A stretch of 64,000 nt of DNA from the NCBI GenBank assembly GCA_951406725.2, contig OX597827.1:32364001-32428000 (forward strand), given 5' to 3'. Numbering within the stretch: the first letter of the stretch is position 1; each line of letters begins with the position of its first letter. Both the position numbers and the translations under genes were made by a program. This document shows positions 1 through 12,434 of the stretch, in pieces. Origin of the DNA: Octopus vulgaris. Lineage: Eukaryota. The notes beneath the pieces are model-generated. The model ran no database searches, was not told the DNA's origin, and saw only the letters and a program-made list of their open reading frames with translations.

Positions 1-240
1 GTATGTATGTGTTTCTATGTATGTATGCATATATGCATGTTTGTATGTATGTATGTTTGTACGTATGCATGTATGTATGCTTGTATGTATGTATGTTTGT
101 ATGTATGCATGTATGTATGTATGCATGTATGTATGAATGCATGTATGTATGTTTGTATGTGTATATGCATGTATGTATGTATGTATGTATGTATGTATGT
201 ATGTATGTATGTATGTATGTATGTATGTGTGCGTATGTGC
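1..240. repeat. (ATGT)n tetranucleotide microsatellite
   Basis: Degenerate ATGT tandem array; explains the MYVC/HTYI ORFs. Confidence 0.95.
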
Positions 241-590
241 AGAAAAATTACATTCATACACAGATCTTCACATCATTTGTAATTGTGATATCAATATGAC
301 CTGTCTGTGATGAAAAAATGACAATGTGGGTTGTCGGGTGTTTAAGATAAACCCAGCGGGAACTGGAAAGCCAACTCAGGTGAGCCAAAGTGAATGGGTC
401 ACTTGCTTCGCAAAGTGACCCATTCGGTGTCTAAAGATGACCTTTCCAAACACAGACCTGATACCCTGTGTCTGCTATCTTAGGATCACAGTATTCTCAG
501 AATAACAGAATCTAAAAAACAAACTGTTGTTTCACACATCCGATTCTTTAGATTTGTACGTTTCACTTTGTTAGATACTTAAACAGTATA

Positions 591-875
591 GGCGCGGATA
601 TGGTAGTGTGGTTAAGAAGCTTGTTTTGCAACCGCGTGGTATCTGGTTCAGTCCCATTGCTTGACACCTTGGACAATTTTCTCTCTACTATAGCCCCGGG
701 CTGACCAATGTCTAAGGAGTGAATCTGGTTGACGAAAACTGTGTGGAAGCTCGTTGTGTATGTTTGTATGCGTGTCTGTGCGTGCATGTATGTGTATGTG
801 TGTGTGTGTGTGTGTGGTTTGGTTGATAACACGTGCTGCCAAGCGGTTCTGCAAAGGAGACTAATAAAATATGTG
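591..875 (+). mobile_element. tRNA-derived CORE-type SINE (family A), degenerate
   Basis: GGCGC..TGGTAGTGTGGTTAAG A-box, GGTTCAGTCCC B-box, CACCTTGGACAA core-like segment; homologous to 61183-61572. Confidence 0.8.
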
Positions 876-929
876 TCGGGCGTTAAATAAATGTCTACGT
901 GTCAATTTTTTCAGCGTTAACAATGAATG

Positions 930-2300
930 TGATAAGATCCTTTTGCCTATTATTACAGTAATTAATATTAATATTATCTTGATGGTATTTGATACGACTC
1001 CCACTGTTCTCTGGTATTTTCACACTAATTTCCTCAGGAGTATAACGGATCTTTTCAATAGATTTGTTTCTGGCTAAAATTGTATTCTAATATTCTACAC
1101 CCTGAGAGTGCAAAAAGCCTAGGTATTCTAGATGAAATACTCCTAATTGCAGATTTAAGTACTGCTCTGGAATAGTTGGAATTTTTATTGGTGTATTGTA
1201 AAGTTTTATTAGATTTATACTTTTAATTATTCAGATAGCGAATACCAATCAAGGCCTGTTGCAAATAACATCTTTCTATCTGATATAAATGGTGACAACA
1301 ATAGTGTGTCTTCTCATAGTACTAACAATAACACGAATAAAATTAATTAGATCTCTTTTGAGACGTAATTATTAATTAGGTTTCTTCAGCATCCAAATTC
1401 AAACATAGATTTCAGTACCGTATACAATGCTTTAAGTATAAAAGAAAGGAATACAGCCCCTCACTGGCTAGATTCAACTGGGACTTCATGAAGAAAAATA
1501 TCAATTACTCAAATTATGGTTAATTATATGTAGAGTACTTCTATACAAATGGAGTAAGGCAGCTGTAATTTGTGCTAAGTTGAAGTATTGAAAATTCTCA
1601 TATGTCGGTTTAATTTGATTAGTAAGCATAATGGTTTCTTGAACCGTTTAATAAATAAATATTTAATAAAACCTTAACAATTTCCACATAAAAATTCCAC
1701 TCAACTGACTTACTAGATTAAGATTGTATTAATGGTAGTGTTTTTCCCCTTTTAATTCTCTCAATCTCCGCACAAAATATTTTTTATGTAAGCAACGACT
1801 CGTTCATTTCTTAAACTAATGTATCTAATTTAATTTTAATGTTAGATTAGTTTTAATTTAATTAGAGATGACCCAATATTCTAAATTGGAATACTTGATA
1901 GCACGCAGATTTTTTTCTGTACCTTTGTTCTAACACCACGTTTTTCTTTTAGTTCCTGTCAAGTCTCAGCCCAATATTAATAATTTTCTTTTTAACACAA
2001 TTCCTCTCTTTACTGACACCTCTGAGACTAGTAGTAAACCACCACCTCTTTAAAATTTCATGTTTATCTCTTAAATTCCTTTCTCTTCATCACTATAACA
2101 AGTAAACAATAGATCTGCCAACATCTTGACCTATCAGAGCCAGTAATACTGGCTCTTTTTACTATATCACACGAAAGAAATTGATATATCTCTTAACTTC
2201 ATTATCTCCATGAAATATCACCATGATGAAGTCACAACTTGCAGTTTAATTTATTATTCTCATATTCTGTGCCTTATCATCTTTCACTTTATGTATTGGA
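930..2300 (-). pseudogene. possible highly decayed Penelope-like element remnant
   Basis: Weak frameshifted motifs on the minus strand (GVV-Y-QIP-like near 985-1005; FVRRLRELK near 1750-1780). Confidence 0.3.
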
Positions 2301-2587
2301 AATAACTCGAAATATGCTTCAGTGTAATTACATTAATCGGTTCGGAGAGACGGTTAATGGTGCCGTATTCATGTTTTATATATATCTATATGAATAAACC
2401 AACATGTATAATGTTGAAATAGTATGAGCCCATTTCAAAAATTTATACGTCGGTTTATACATTTCAATACGTATATGGGAACTATATATGTACGTACGTA
2501 CGTATGCATGTATGCATGTATATATGTATATCTGCGTGTATGTATGTTTATAAAGGCGCATGGCTTGCATATATATATATGAGTGAA

Positions 2588-2886
2588 GGCGCATGACTTA
2601 GTGGTTAGGGTGTTGCACTTACGATTGCGAGATCGTGGGTTCGATTCCCAGACCGTGCGCTGCGTTGTGCTCTTGAGCAAAGCATTTACGTTCATTTTAC
2701 GTTGCTCTGCGATCATTCCGACATCTGACCTGTGGCACCCAGTTGCATCTGTACAGGTAATGTCGGTTTGATGGAGGGAGTGAGCTTATGTCTGCAGAAA
2801 CATTTGGTCTCTATAAATAAACCATCTGTGTGGTTATTCGGTAATTGTCGAACCCTCATACGTCGTCTAATGACGGGAGAGTCCAT
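2588..2886 (+). mobile_element. tRNA-derived SINE (family D)
   Basis: GGCGCATGACTTAGTGGTTAGGG A-box, GGTTCGATTCCC B-box; related reverse copy near 52560-52800. Confidence 0.8.
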
Positions 2887-2915
2887 TATATATATCTGTA
2901 TATATATAAGGCAGG

Positions 2916-2959
<44 letters not shown>

Positions 2960-2964
<5 letters not shown>

Positions 2965-3161
2965 TGATTGTAATTTATGCACGTCCAAAAATTAGCACGC
3001 GTGTCGCTCCAATTTTAGGACATTCGTCAACACCCTATCTGGGTTTTGTCAACTTATTTTTTCCCGAGGCACCCGCGGATACAGATAAAAATCTATAACT
3101 TTTACCTATTTTGAAGGTTGCTAACATGAGTTAAGTCCCTTCTAGCCATAGCTAAGCGAAA

Positions 3162-3193
<32 letters not shown>

Positions 3194-3892
3194 AGTTGTG
3201 TGTTGATGTATGTTTGTGTATGTGTGTGAGGGAGAGAGAGTGTTTCGCAACGTCTAACAAAAATAGTCAAGAAAAAGTATGTGTAAGGAAGAGAAGCAGA
3301 GGGTTTGACAACGATCTAAAAAAAAAAAGGTAAAGACAAAGTGAGAGAGAGGGTGGGAGGGAGAGTAAGTCACAGCATTCATAAAAAATAAAATGTAAAA
3401 TGTTTTGTTTTTTCTTAAACACGAGATATAGTGTTCAAATTTAGGATGTCTTTGAAAGACACTATATTTTATAATCAGAGTATATATACTTTCTCACACA
3501 ACAATTATAATATATTTATTTTAAGTCATTTATTTATTTTACATCGTTCATCTTTCTCCCCCCCCCCCACTCTCTCTCACACATATAGTACTTTGGGTGC
3601 GAAAGAGTTTTGTTTTTATTTTACGCCGAGTAAAACAGTTGTTTTGTTGAGAATCCATTTATTTAACATATCAGCACTTCCTTTCAAATATCTCATGAAC
3701 ATTGCAAACACCTGACAGCAGAGCCTTCAAGCATATACCAGAAGTTATCTTTATTTCCTTAAATAACCCTACCAATTTCAACGGATTTCGCCCAAATTTG
3801 ACGTCGATATTACTTAGTTTGGTTTGAAATAAAGAACTTGATTAGCTTAATAATCGTAACTTAATCCCGGGCAAAGCCGGTTACACTGCTAG
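2960..3892 (+). mobile_element. non-autonomous Helitron-like element (5' boundary uncertain)
   Basis: 3' end CCCGGGCAAAGCCGG hairpin followed by CTAG|T at 3889-3893. Confidence 0.6.
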
Positions 3893-4099
3893 TATATATA
3901 TATATATATAGGGTGTTCAAAAAATCTCTCCACAGTTAATTTTTTCATCCTGACTCTCAAAGAGTTAGACTCTCGAAGTTGTATTTCAAAATATCTGTAG
4001 AAGAGTCAACTTGTGTATTGAAAATGAAGGACGACACTTTCAGCACCTTTTATAAAGTTTATTAAAGTCGTGTAAAGTCTAATATATTCTTTTGTAGTC

Positions 4100-4379
4100 T
4101 TATACCATAAATATTTATTTTGCAATAAAATACTTACTGCGGAGAGACTTTTTGAACACGCGACCTGTTCACTGGCAAAGCTTCGAGATGCAGCACGAAG
4201 CTTTGTCAGTGAACAGGTCGCGGTCTCAAAGCGACGAAAATATTTTGGCAAATTAAATTTAGATGTTGAAGTGAATCTAACGGTTTTGTGTAAATGGCTT
4301 ATAAACACCTTCCACGCTGCAATTGTTTTCGTTCCAGCACACGATCTCAGATTAAGTCACTCGCTATGCAAGTACATCT

Positions 4380-4383
<4 letters not shown>
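4100..4383. mobile_element. DNA-transposon/MITE arm, repeated at 18445-18620
   Basis: About 170 bp shared with 18445-18620; both end at GCAAGTACATCTCC next to TA-rich sequence; contains a 27-bp hairpin. Confidence 0.6.
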
Positions 4384-4447
<64 letters not shown>

Positions 4448-4450
<3 letters not shown>

Positions 4451-5676
4451 GGGTTGCAAAATAATGGAAACCCCTAGCATCATAGCATCATAATTTTGAA
4501 ATATCTATAGAACCGTCAAAAGCTGTTTATTTTTGTTTTTGTTTTTTTTTTTATTATTAGTGTTGCTCAATATGTTTTGCTAAAATTGCCGTTTCTTTTC
4601 AAATATCATCAGAAAAAGGTAATTAAAATTCATTGAAATCGTACTTTCAAAGAGGTCAAATTGTTGGTGCCCGTATGGCAAGCGCTAGCGTAATGAAAAC
4701 AACCGAAATGTTTGGTGTATCAACAGGTATTGTCTCGAAAGTAATGTCAACCTTTGAGAAAGAGGGAAAAAACCTCCTTGTCGAAACAAAACTCCGGAAG
4801 AAAACCAAAACTTCCAGATAGGGACCATCGGACTCTTACGCGAATTGTTAGAGAAGTACAGCTCTCAAAATTACTGCACAAAAAATTAATGACCACCTCG
4901 AGAACCAGGTTTCCACAAAAATTGTTCGCCGGGAGCTGCACAAAACCGGATTTCACGGGAGGGCTGCAATCAGAAAACCACAACTTTCAAAAACAAACGT
5001 TGCAAGGTGTAAAAACCTACAGAATTTGTCCCTAGAGCAGTGGAAGAATGTTATTTTCTCGGATGAGTCATCCTTTACCTTATTCCCGACCACCGGCCGA
5101 GTATACGTGTGGAGACAGCCAAAAGAAGCGTCTAACCCAGAATGCCTTCTTCCAACTGTTAAACACGGAGGAGGATCTGTGATGATTTGGGGGGGGGCTA
5201 TATCTTGGAAATCCGCCGGCCCGATGGTTTCTCTTCATGGCAGAATTAATAGTCAAGACTATTTAAGCATTTTATTTGATCAAATTCATCCTATGGTTGC
5301 AGAACTGTTTCCGGGGGGAAATGCAGTCTTTCAGGATGATAATGCACCAATTCAGACAGCTAAAGTTGTTATTGAATGGCACGAGGAACATCCTACTGAC
5401 GTTGAACCTCAATTCCCAGATCTCAATATTATTGAATATTTATGGTGCATTTTAGAAAAACAAGTAAGGAGTCGATACTCTCCACCATCATCACTACAAG
5501 AACTGTAGACTGTTTTAGCTGAAGAATGGACAAAAAATCCTTTGAAAACAATTCAAACTTTGTACGAGTTCATACCTCGTAGAATCCAAACTGTAATTAC
5601 TGCCAAAGGGGTCCTACCCCAAATCAAAATTAGTTTGTTTGAATTTTTAAGGTGTTTCCATTATTTTGTCCAACCC

Positions 5677-5679
<3 letters not shown>
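4448..5679 (+). mobile_element. Tc1-family DNA transposon, decayed
   Basis: TIRs CAGGGGTTG(GA)CAAAATAATGGAAAC at 4448 and ending at 5679, TA flanks inside a (TA)n tract, internal transposase. Confidence 0.95.
4633..5620 (+). pseudogene. Tc1 DDE transposase, frameshifted
   Basis: HTH (FQRGQIVGAR), SGRKPKL, WKNVIFSDES, KHGGGSVMIWG, FQDDNAP, PDLNIIE spread over several frames. Confidence 0.93.
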
Positions 5680-5736
<57 letters not shown>

Positions 5737-5769
5737 GTTTATAGATATACATAGAATAATTTGGACAAT

Positions 5770-6107
5770 AATAAATCTTAGAGCGAGTTATAAACAGTAG
5801 CTGCAACACATCGTGACGTATATTTCCCATTTAAATATGGATAACCCCTAAGGGTGGATGCTACTGTATTTTGTAGCCCCAAGAGGACACCTCCTCCAGC
5901 TGGCTTTAGACACACGCCGATGACGGGTCAATACTCAGAAACTCGAGTCCGTGTGTATCATAAGTTGAAGACGGGAAGGATGGCTTCCCTTTGAGAATAC
6001 TGATAGGGCACAGAAAGTGTGTCTAAAGCCAGCTGGAGGAGGTGTCCTCTTGGGGCTACAAACTACTTAGGGGTTAGCCATATTTAAATGGCAAATATAC
6101 GTCACGA
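5770..6107. mobile_element. fold-back insertion (PLE-like) with hammerhead motif and 12-bp TSD
   Basis: Inverted arms 5811-5915 / 6017-6107; AATTTGGACAAT direct repeat at 5758-5769 and 6107-6118. Confidence 0.75.
5910..5956 (+). ncRNA. minimal type I hammerhead ribozyme motif
   Basis: ACACACG-CCGATGA-cGGGTcaatACTCa-GAAA-CTCGAG-TC-CGTGTGT: 7-bp stem I, palindromic stem III, GUC site; U4 is C. Confidence 0.8.
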
Positions 6108-6429
6108 ATTTGGACAATGTTATCACGATATGCAAAATAACTGGATGGTCATGATTGGGATGCATTTCATCATTGGTTTATTTTATCAAGCACCAAAAGA
6201 CAGCAGGAAAACGCGTAAATGAAACATTCTTCATATCAACATAGTGACTATATTTCAGACAAACCTCTAAAGAATGGCAATATTGAGAGCAGGTAGAATT
6301 CTACCTTGATAACATTCCATCTTGTTGTTCGTTTAAATGCGATGTTTACTTTCTAAAGTGATTAAAATACCATTTCACCAGAAGAGACAGAGGTGTGCTA
6401 ATATGCTAAAATAGATATGTTACATCTCT

Positions 6430-6904
<475 letters not shown>

Positions 6905-7126
6905 GTAAATGTTGAACGATGAAAATGAATGCTCAACACCGCAATGGTGGATCTAATTTCTTTATTTGTGGATTAAGGCTACCATTGGTTTCATGTGAAG
7001 AAAGGTAGGAAAATATCCTAGTGTCTTAACAATTTTTCAAGACGATCACATGGAGAAAGGTTTTCGCCTCCATTTTGAAACACACACACACAAATATTTA
7101 TATACATACATACATACATACATACA

Positions 7127-7203
<77 letters not shown>

Positions 7204-7436
7204 AGAATGGACACAAAGGAAAAGAGAACGCTCAATACTTATAAAGAATATATTTTTGCTAAAACTGGAATTTAGAGTCTGCCTTGCAAATCGAGTTCCA
7301 TGCGCCTGCGAGAACTAAAGATCGTGAACTAAGTAATGTGAAATTCGAGTTGCGAGAAAAACTTTTAGTTCAAGTTTCATTAAAATGATCAGACGCATAT
7401 ATACTAAATATATATGTATACATACATATATATATA

Positions 7437-7493
<57 letters not shown>

Positions 7494-7495
7494 CA

Positions 7496-7574
<79 letters not shown>

Positions 7575-7576
<2 letters not shown>

Positions 7577-8010
7577 ACAATTGAGGGTAAAATTAATTAG
7601 TTATTAATCAATTTCACCAAGTAGTGTTCAGTATGTAAAAGGACCATTTAAGGCGAATTCAAAATATTATATTATATAATTAGGGCTTAGTAAAGTAAAT
7701 TACTTTGCCACATACTGAACTTTCTAGAAATAGCAGCCAAAAAGTTTTTTAGCCATTTCCACTACTTTAAGAAAATTTCTCTCAGATAATGTTTACTCAT
7801 AAATAACTCACGAAGGTATGGAGGTAAAAACAGAAAAAATCACAAGTACAAAGATCATTTGAGAACGTTAACGTTTCTAGATTAGCCAAAGAGAAATTTT
7901 CTTAAAGTGGTGGAAATGGCTAAAAAACTTTTTGGCTGCTATTTCTAGAAAGTTCAGTATGTGGCAAAGTAATTTACTTTACTAAGCCCTAATTATATAA
8001 TATAATATTT
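7575..8010. mobile_element. fold-back repeat in a (TA)n tract (PLE-tail-like), same family as 41650-41960
   Basis: Near-perfect inverted arms 7662-7782 / 7890-8010; CCAAGTAGTGTTCAG..AAAAGGACCATTTA shared with 41700-41740. Confidence 0.65.
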
Positions 8011-8072
8011 ATATATATATATATACACACATACATATATACATACATATACACACACACACACAAGACAAA

Positions 8073-8280
8073 GGCGGTGAAGTGGTACAATCGTTAGCAC
8101 GCCGAACAAAACGCATGCCGGTAATTTTTCCAGTTTTACGTTCTTATTTCAAATTCCACCGAGGTGGAGTTTGCCTTTCATCCTTTTGAATTAAATAAAT
8201 ACCAGTTTCGCGCTGAGGTTGATGTAATCGACTAGTTCCCACTTCCAAAATTTCAAGCCCTGTGCCTATAGCAGAAAGAA
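8073..8280 (+). mobile_element. tRNA-derived SINE (family B, Meta-domain-like)
   Basis: GGCGGTGAAGTGG..GTTAGCACGCCG head, TTCAAATTCC B-box, GCCTTTCATCC domain. Confidence 0.8.
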
Positions 8281-8316
8281 TAAAAACACACTCACACACA
8301 CACACCTCACAAACAG

Positions 8317-8347
<31 letters not shown>

Positions 8348-8399
8348 CATACATACATACATACATACATACATAAACACATACATACATGCATACATA

Positions 8400-9230
8400 G
8401 GATCTTTTCGGTTTGAACGGCAGTTTTTAACATCATTTCTAGATAACTAAAAAAATTTAAACTTCATATACTGGTAGAATGTGTTTATAAAACATCTTTT
8501 TCTCTTGGCTTTATTTAGAAAATTCTATAGTTCGTAAAATATTTGGTCTTTAATTTCTTGCATTTCGGTAAATTTAACCAATCAATGACCGTCTATTGAG
8601 GTGAAAACATTCTGTGTCGTATGAATATGTTCCTCCTTTAAGAAGCAGATTGGGTTTATTTACGTTTGTGAAGAAAAAAAGATACCCTTCCCCCACCCCA
8701 CCCCTAATCCTAACTAATCCTAACTAACCCTAAATCTAAAATAGATTGAAATGCAATAGATCGATTCTAAGGTCATAATTATGGGTGACAATTTCATATG
8801 ACACCCCTAGGAAAACTGCCGTTTTTAAAGGGGTGTCATATGAAATTGTCACCCATAATTATGACCCTAGAATCGATCTATTGCATTTCAATCTATTTTA
8901 GATTTAGGGTTAGGGTTTGGGTTAGGGTTAGGGGTGGGGGAAGAGTATCATTGTTTCTTCACAAATGTAAATAAACCCAACGGGTTTCTTAAACGAGGGA
9001 CACATTCATACGGCACAGAACGCTTTTTAACTCAATAGACACCAGTGATTGGTTGAAATTGCAGAAATTGAAGAAATTAAAGACCAAATATCTTACAAAC
9101 TATAGAATTTTCTCAATAAAGCCAAGAGAAAAAGATGTTTTATAAATACATTCTACCAGTATACGAAGTTTAAAATTTTTTAGTTACCTAGAAATGATGT
9201 TAAAAACTGCCGTTCAAACCGAAAAGATCC
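8400..9230. mobile_element. palindromic MITE with GGATC termini, 8-bp TSD and internal (CCCTAA)/(TTAGGG) hexamers (Merlin-like)
   Basis: GGATCTTTTCGGTTTGAACGGCAG ... CTGCCGTTCAAACCGAAAAGATCC; arms of about 410 bp; CATACATA on both sides. Confidence 0.85.
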
Positions 9231-9522
9231 CATACATACATACATACATACATACATACATACATACATACATACATACATACATAATCACATATATACA
9301 CATATACATACATACATACATGCATACATACATACATACATACATACATACATACATACATACATACATACATACATACATACATACATACATAATCACA
9401 TATATACACATATACATACATACATACATGCATACATACATACATACACACATACATACACACCTAAATACACACATACATACACACATACATGCACACA
9501 CACACATACATACATACATGCA
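9231..9522. repeat. (CATA)n microsatellite
   Basis: Tandem array. Confidence 0.95.
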
Positions 9523-9523
9523 T

Positions 9524-10075
9524 GGTGGTTGCCCCCTCGTTATCGAGTATGGCCTTTGCACGAAGCTTAATTAATGTTGTTATCGTGCAATGCCTGTGCA
9601 AGAAGATTTTTTTTAAGTGAGGAAAGGCTGTGCACTGAGTCAATCCCACTCACTAAGCAACAGCAGCCATAATCCGAAAAGAAGAACAAGTCAACATCAT
9701 CGGTAACCACTGAGCCGCAGGTTTTATGTCGGAGTTATCCCAGTTACCTGAGTTACCTTCTCCTAGAATGATGCCCTAACAAAGGCTAGGAGTCCTTCAC
9801 TCCCAATGGTTTAACCGCACGATCGGGTATTCAGTCCGATTATTTCTATGTCCCCGCGCATGATACAGCCTTAAGACATTTATTGGATAGCCGTTGACTC
9901 TCAAGAGTTCCTCCGCTCCTTGACAGGTTTTGTTTTTCATCCCGCAGGGTGTCCAATAAACACCCTCCTCACCAAGCAAGCTTGTAGGGGTTGCCGGTTT
10001 AGTTGCCGACGACCCAACCATGCAACAGGTTGTACTGGGTTACATGTTACCAGTAGCACTCGAAAGTGACCTGAC
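9524..10075 (-). mobile_element. non-coding element resembling RTE-clade LINE UTRs
   Basis: Minus-strand CTAGGAGAAGGTAACTC..AAACC motif resembling RTE 5' UTRs; 3' end GAGGGGGCAACCACC into TATG repeats; no ORF. Confidence 0.5.
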
Positions 10076-10312
10076 ATACTTGCATACATACATACACACA
10101 TATATACACATATACATACATGCATACATACATACATACATACATACACACATACACACACACATACACACACATACATACATGCATACATACATACACA
10201 TATACATACACACACATACATACACACACATACATACATACATACATACATACATACACACATACATACTCACACACATACACACACATATATACATACA
10301 TGCATGCATACA

Positions 10313-10344
<32 letters not shown>

Positions 10345-10400
10345 CACACATACATACATACATACACACACATACATACATACATACATACATACATACA

Positions 10401-10431
<31 letters not shown>
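10076..10431. repeat. (CATA)n/(CA)n microsatellite
   Basis: Tandem array. Confidence 0.95.
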
Positions 10432-11350
10432 GAGTTATTTCTGAGAGGTTATCAATCACAGCACAATACTTCGAAAGCTCTCTCTTACTACAAATTCACC
10501 AGGCTAACAAAATATTGTCACTGCAGGAAATCTTATGCCCAAGACGCAAGCCGAATTCCATCAGCAGTCGATTTTGTAAATCCATAGTTGCATTTCTCAA
10601 TTAAACTGGTCTTTTTCACAGAGTCATATACAAAAAAAAGACATAATGCATCGGTCGAGTAAAGGGAGTATGAACTCACCAATATTGTATAACAGAAACA
10701 GCTGTAAGGCGAAGATGCACAAATAAAAAAATAGCTAAAGCCCATTATTTATACCTCTTCTATGTGTATGTATTTATGTATATCTGCGTTAAAAAGACAT
10801 TCCTCGTGTTATTAATACCCGGTTTATTTATACAAATTACTATTTCAATTTACACGATTCACATTCGTGGAAATGTAAATATGATCGAAAACAAGTTCAG
10901 TTTTGGATAAATAATTCCAGAGTCTAAAGAAATAAGAATGACGGCAACGTTTGTTGTTCAAAGGTTTCTGTGAGGCCGAACATTTTAATGAATCTGCTGG
11001 CTTGTTTTTCTTTTATGTTTTTTAAACCGTATATAATGGGAAACTTAATTAAATTAAAACTTGATTGCCATAGAAATAACATATATCTCAATGAAATCAA
11101 CAGCTATAGAGACGAATATAGCTGAATAGATTTTCCTTATAAGTCTCATGAATCATGCTTCGGGTTGTTGTTTAAACCAAAGTCTAAACCACATGAATAA
11201 GTCACTTGATAAGCTCAGCTTCACCGATTTTCTATAGAAATTATATCGAGCACTGATTTTGTTACGACGTTTCGTATCCCAGACGCCAAACGTAAACAAA
11301 CAATGAGATCGAAGACGAAAAATGGGTAATGGGTATGTATGACATATTTT

Positions 11351-11642
11351 GGTGCAGGCGCAATGGCCCAGAGGTTAGGGCAGTAGACTCGCAGTAGGAG
11401 GATCGCGGTTTCGATTCCCAGACCGGGCGTTGTGTGTGTTTATTAAGCAAAAACCCCTAAAGCTCCACGAGGCTCCGGCAGGGTGTGGTGGCGACTCCTG
11501 TTGTACTCTTTCGCCCCAACTTTCTCTCACTCTTTCTTCCTGTTTCTTGAGTAACGGTGTGATGGACTAGCGTCCCATCCAGCTGGGAGGAACAGATACG
11601 CCATAGAAACCGGGCCCATGAGACTGGCTCGGTTTGAAAAAG

Positions 11643-11643
<1 letters not shown>
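11351..11643 (+). mobile_element. tRNA-derived SINE (family C)
   Basis: GGCGCAATGGCCCAGAGGTTAGGGC A-box, GGTTTCGATTCCC B-box; homologs at 28785, 54800, 59540. Confidence 0.85.
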
Positions 11644-11694
<51 letters not shown>

Positions 11695-11797
11695 GACATA
11701 TTTTGAGAATTTTAGCTCCTCCATCATCACCCATCCAACACATTGGGTAAGTGAAAATATATGTATGTATGTATGTATGTGTGTATGTATGTATGTA

Positions 11798-11839
<42 letters not shown>

Positions 11840-11997
11840 TACATACATATATATATATATGCATACATTCATACATACATACATAAATATATATATATAT
11901 ATATGCGTGTGTGTGCGTGTGTCTGTGTGTGTATGTATATATGTATGTATACATATATATATATATGTGTGCGTGTCTGTGTCTGTGTATGTATGTA

Positions 11998-12064
<67 letters not shown>

Positions 12065-12282
12065 GAGGGAGCGGAATAGGTAAAATCCAGCCTACATGTT
12101 TCCAAGCGAGCAGATCCTCTGATGTAATAATTACTCAACGAGGTGTACTCAACTACCTACTCTTCTGGTTGAAAGTATTTTAGTTAAATGAAGGTTAGAA
12201 ACTTCCTATACTTAGATTTTGGGATCTTACAAATACACACACGCGCGTGCGCACATGTATCTATATTTAAACATACATGCAT

Positions 12283-12390
<108 letters not shown>

Positions 12391-12434
12391 GAAGTTGTTT
12401 TTTTCTGTAGTTTCAGCTCAGAGCTGCAGCCATT

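Noticed and set aside
8695-8940. CCCTAA/TTAGGG runs as a telomere or fusion site
   Set aside because: Only a few degenerate units, located symmetrically inside a palindromic MITE
11351-11430. tRNA genes at SINE heads
   Set aside because: A and B boxes continue into SINE bodies with no complete cloverleaf
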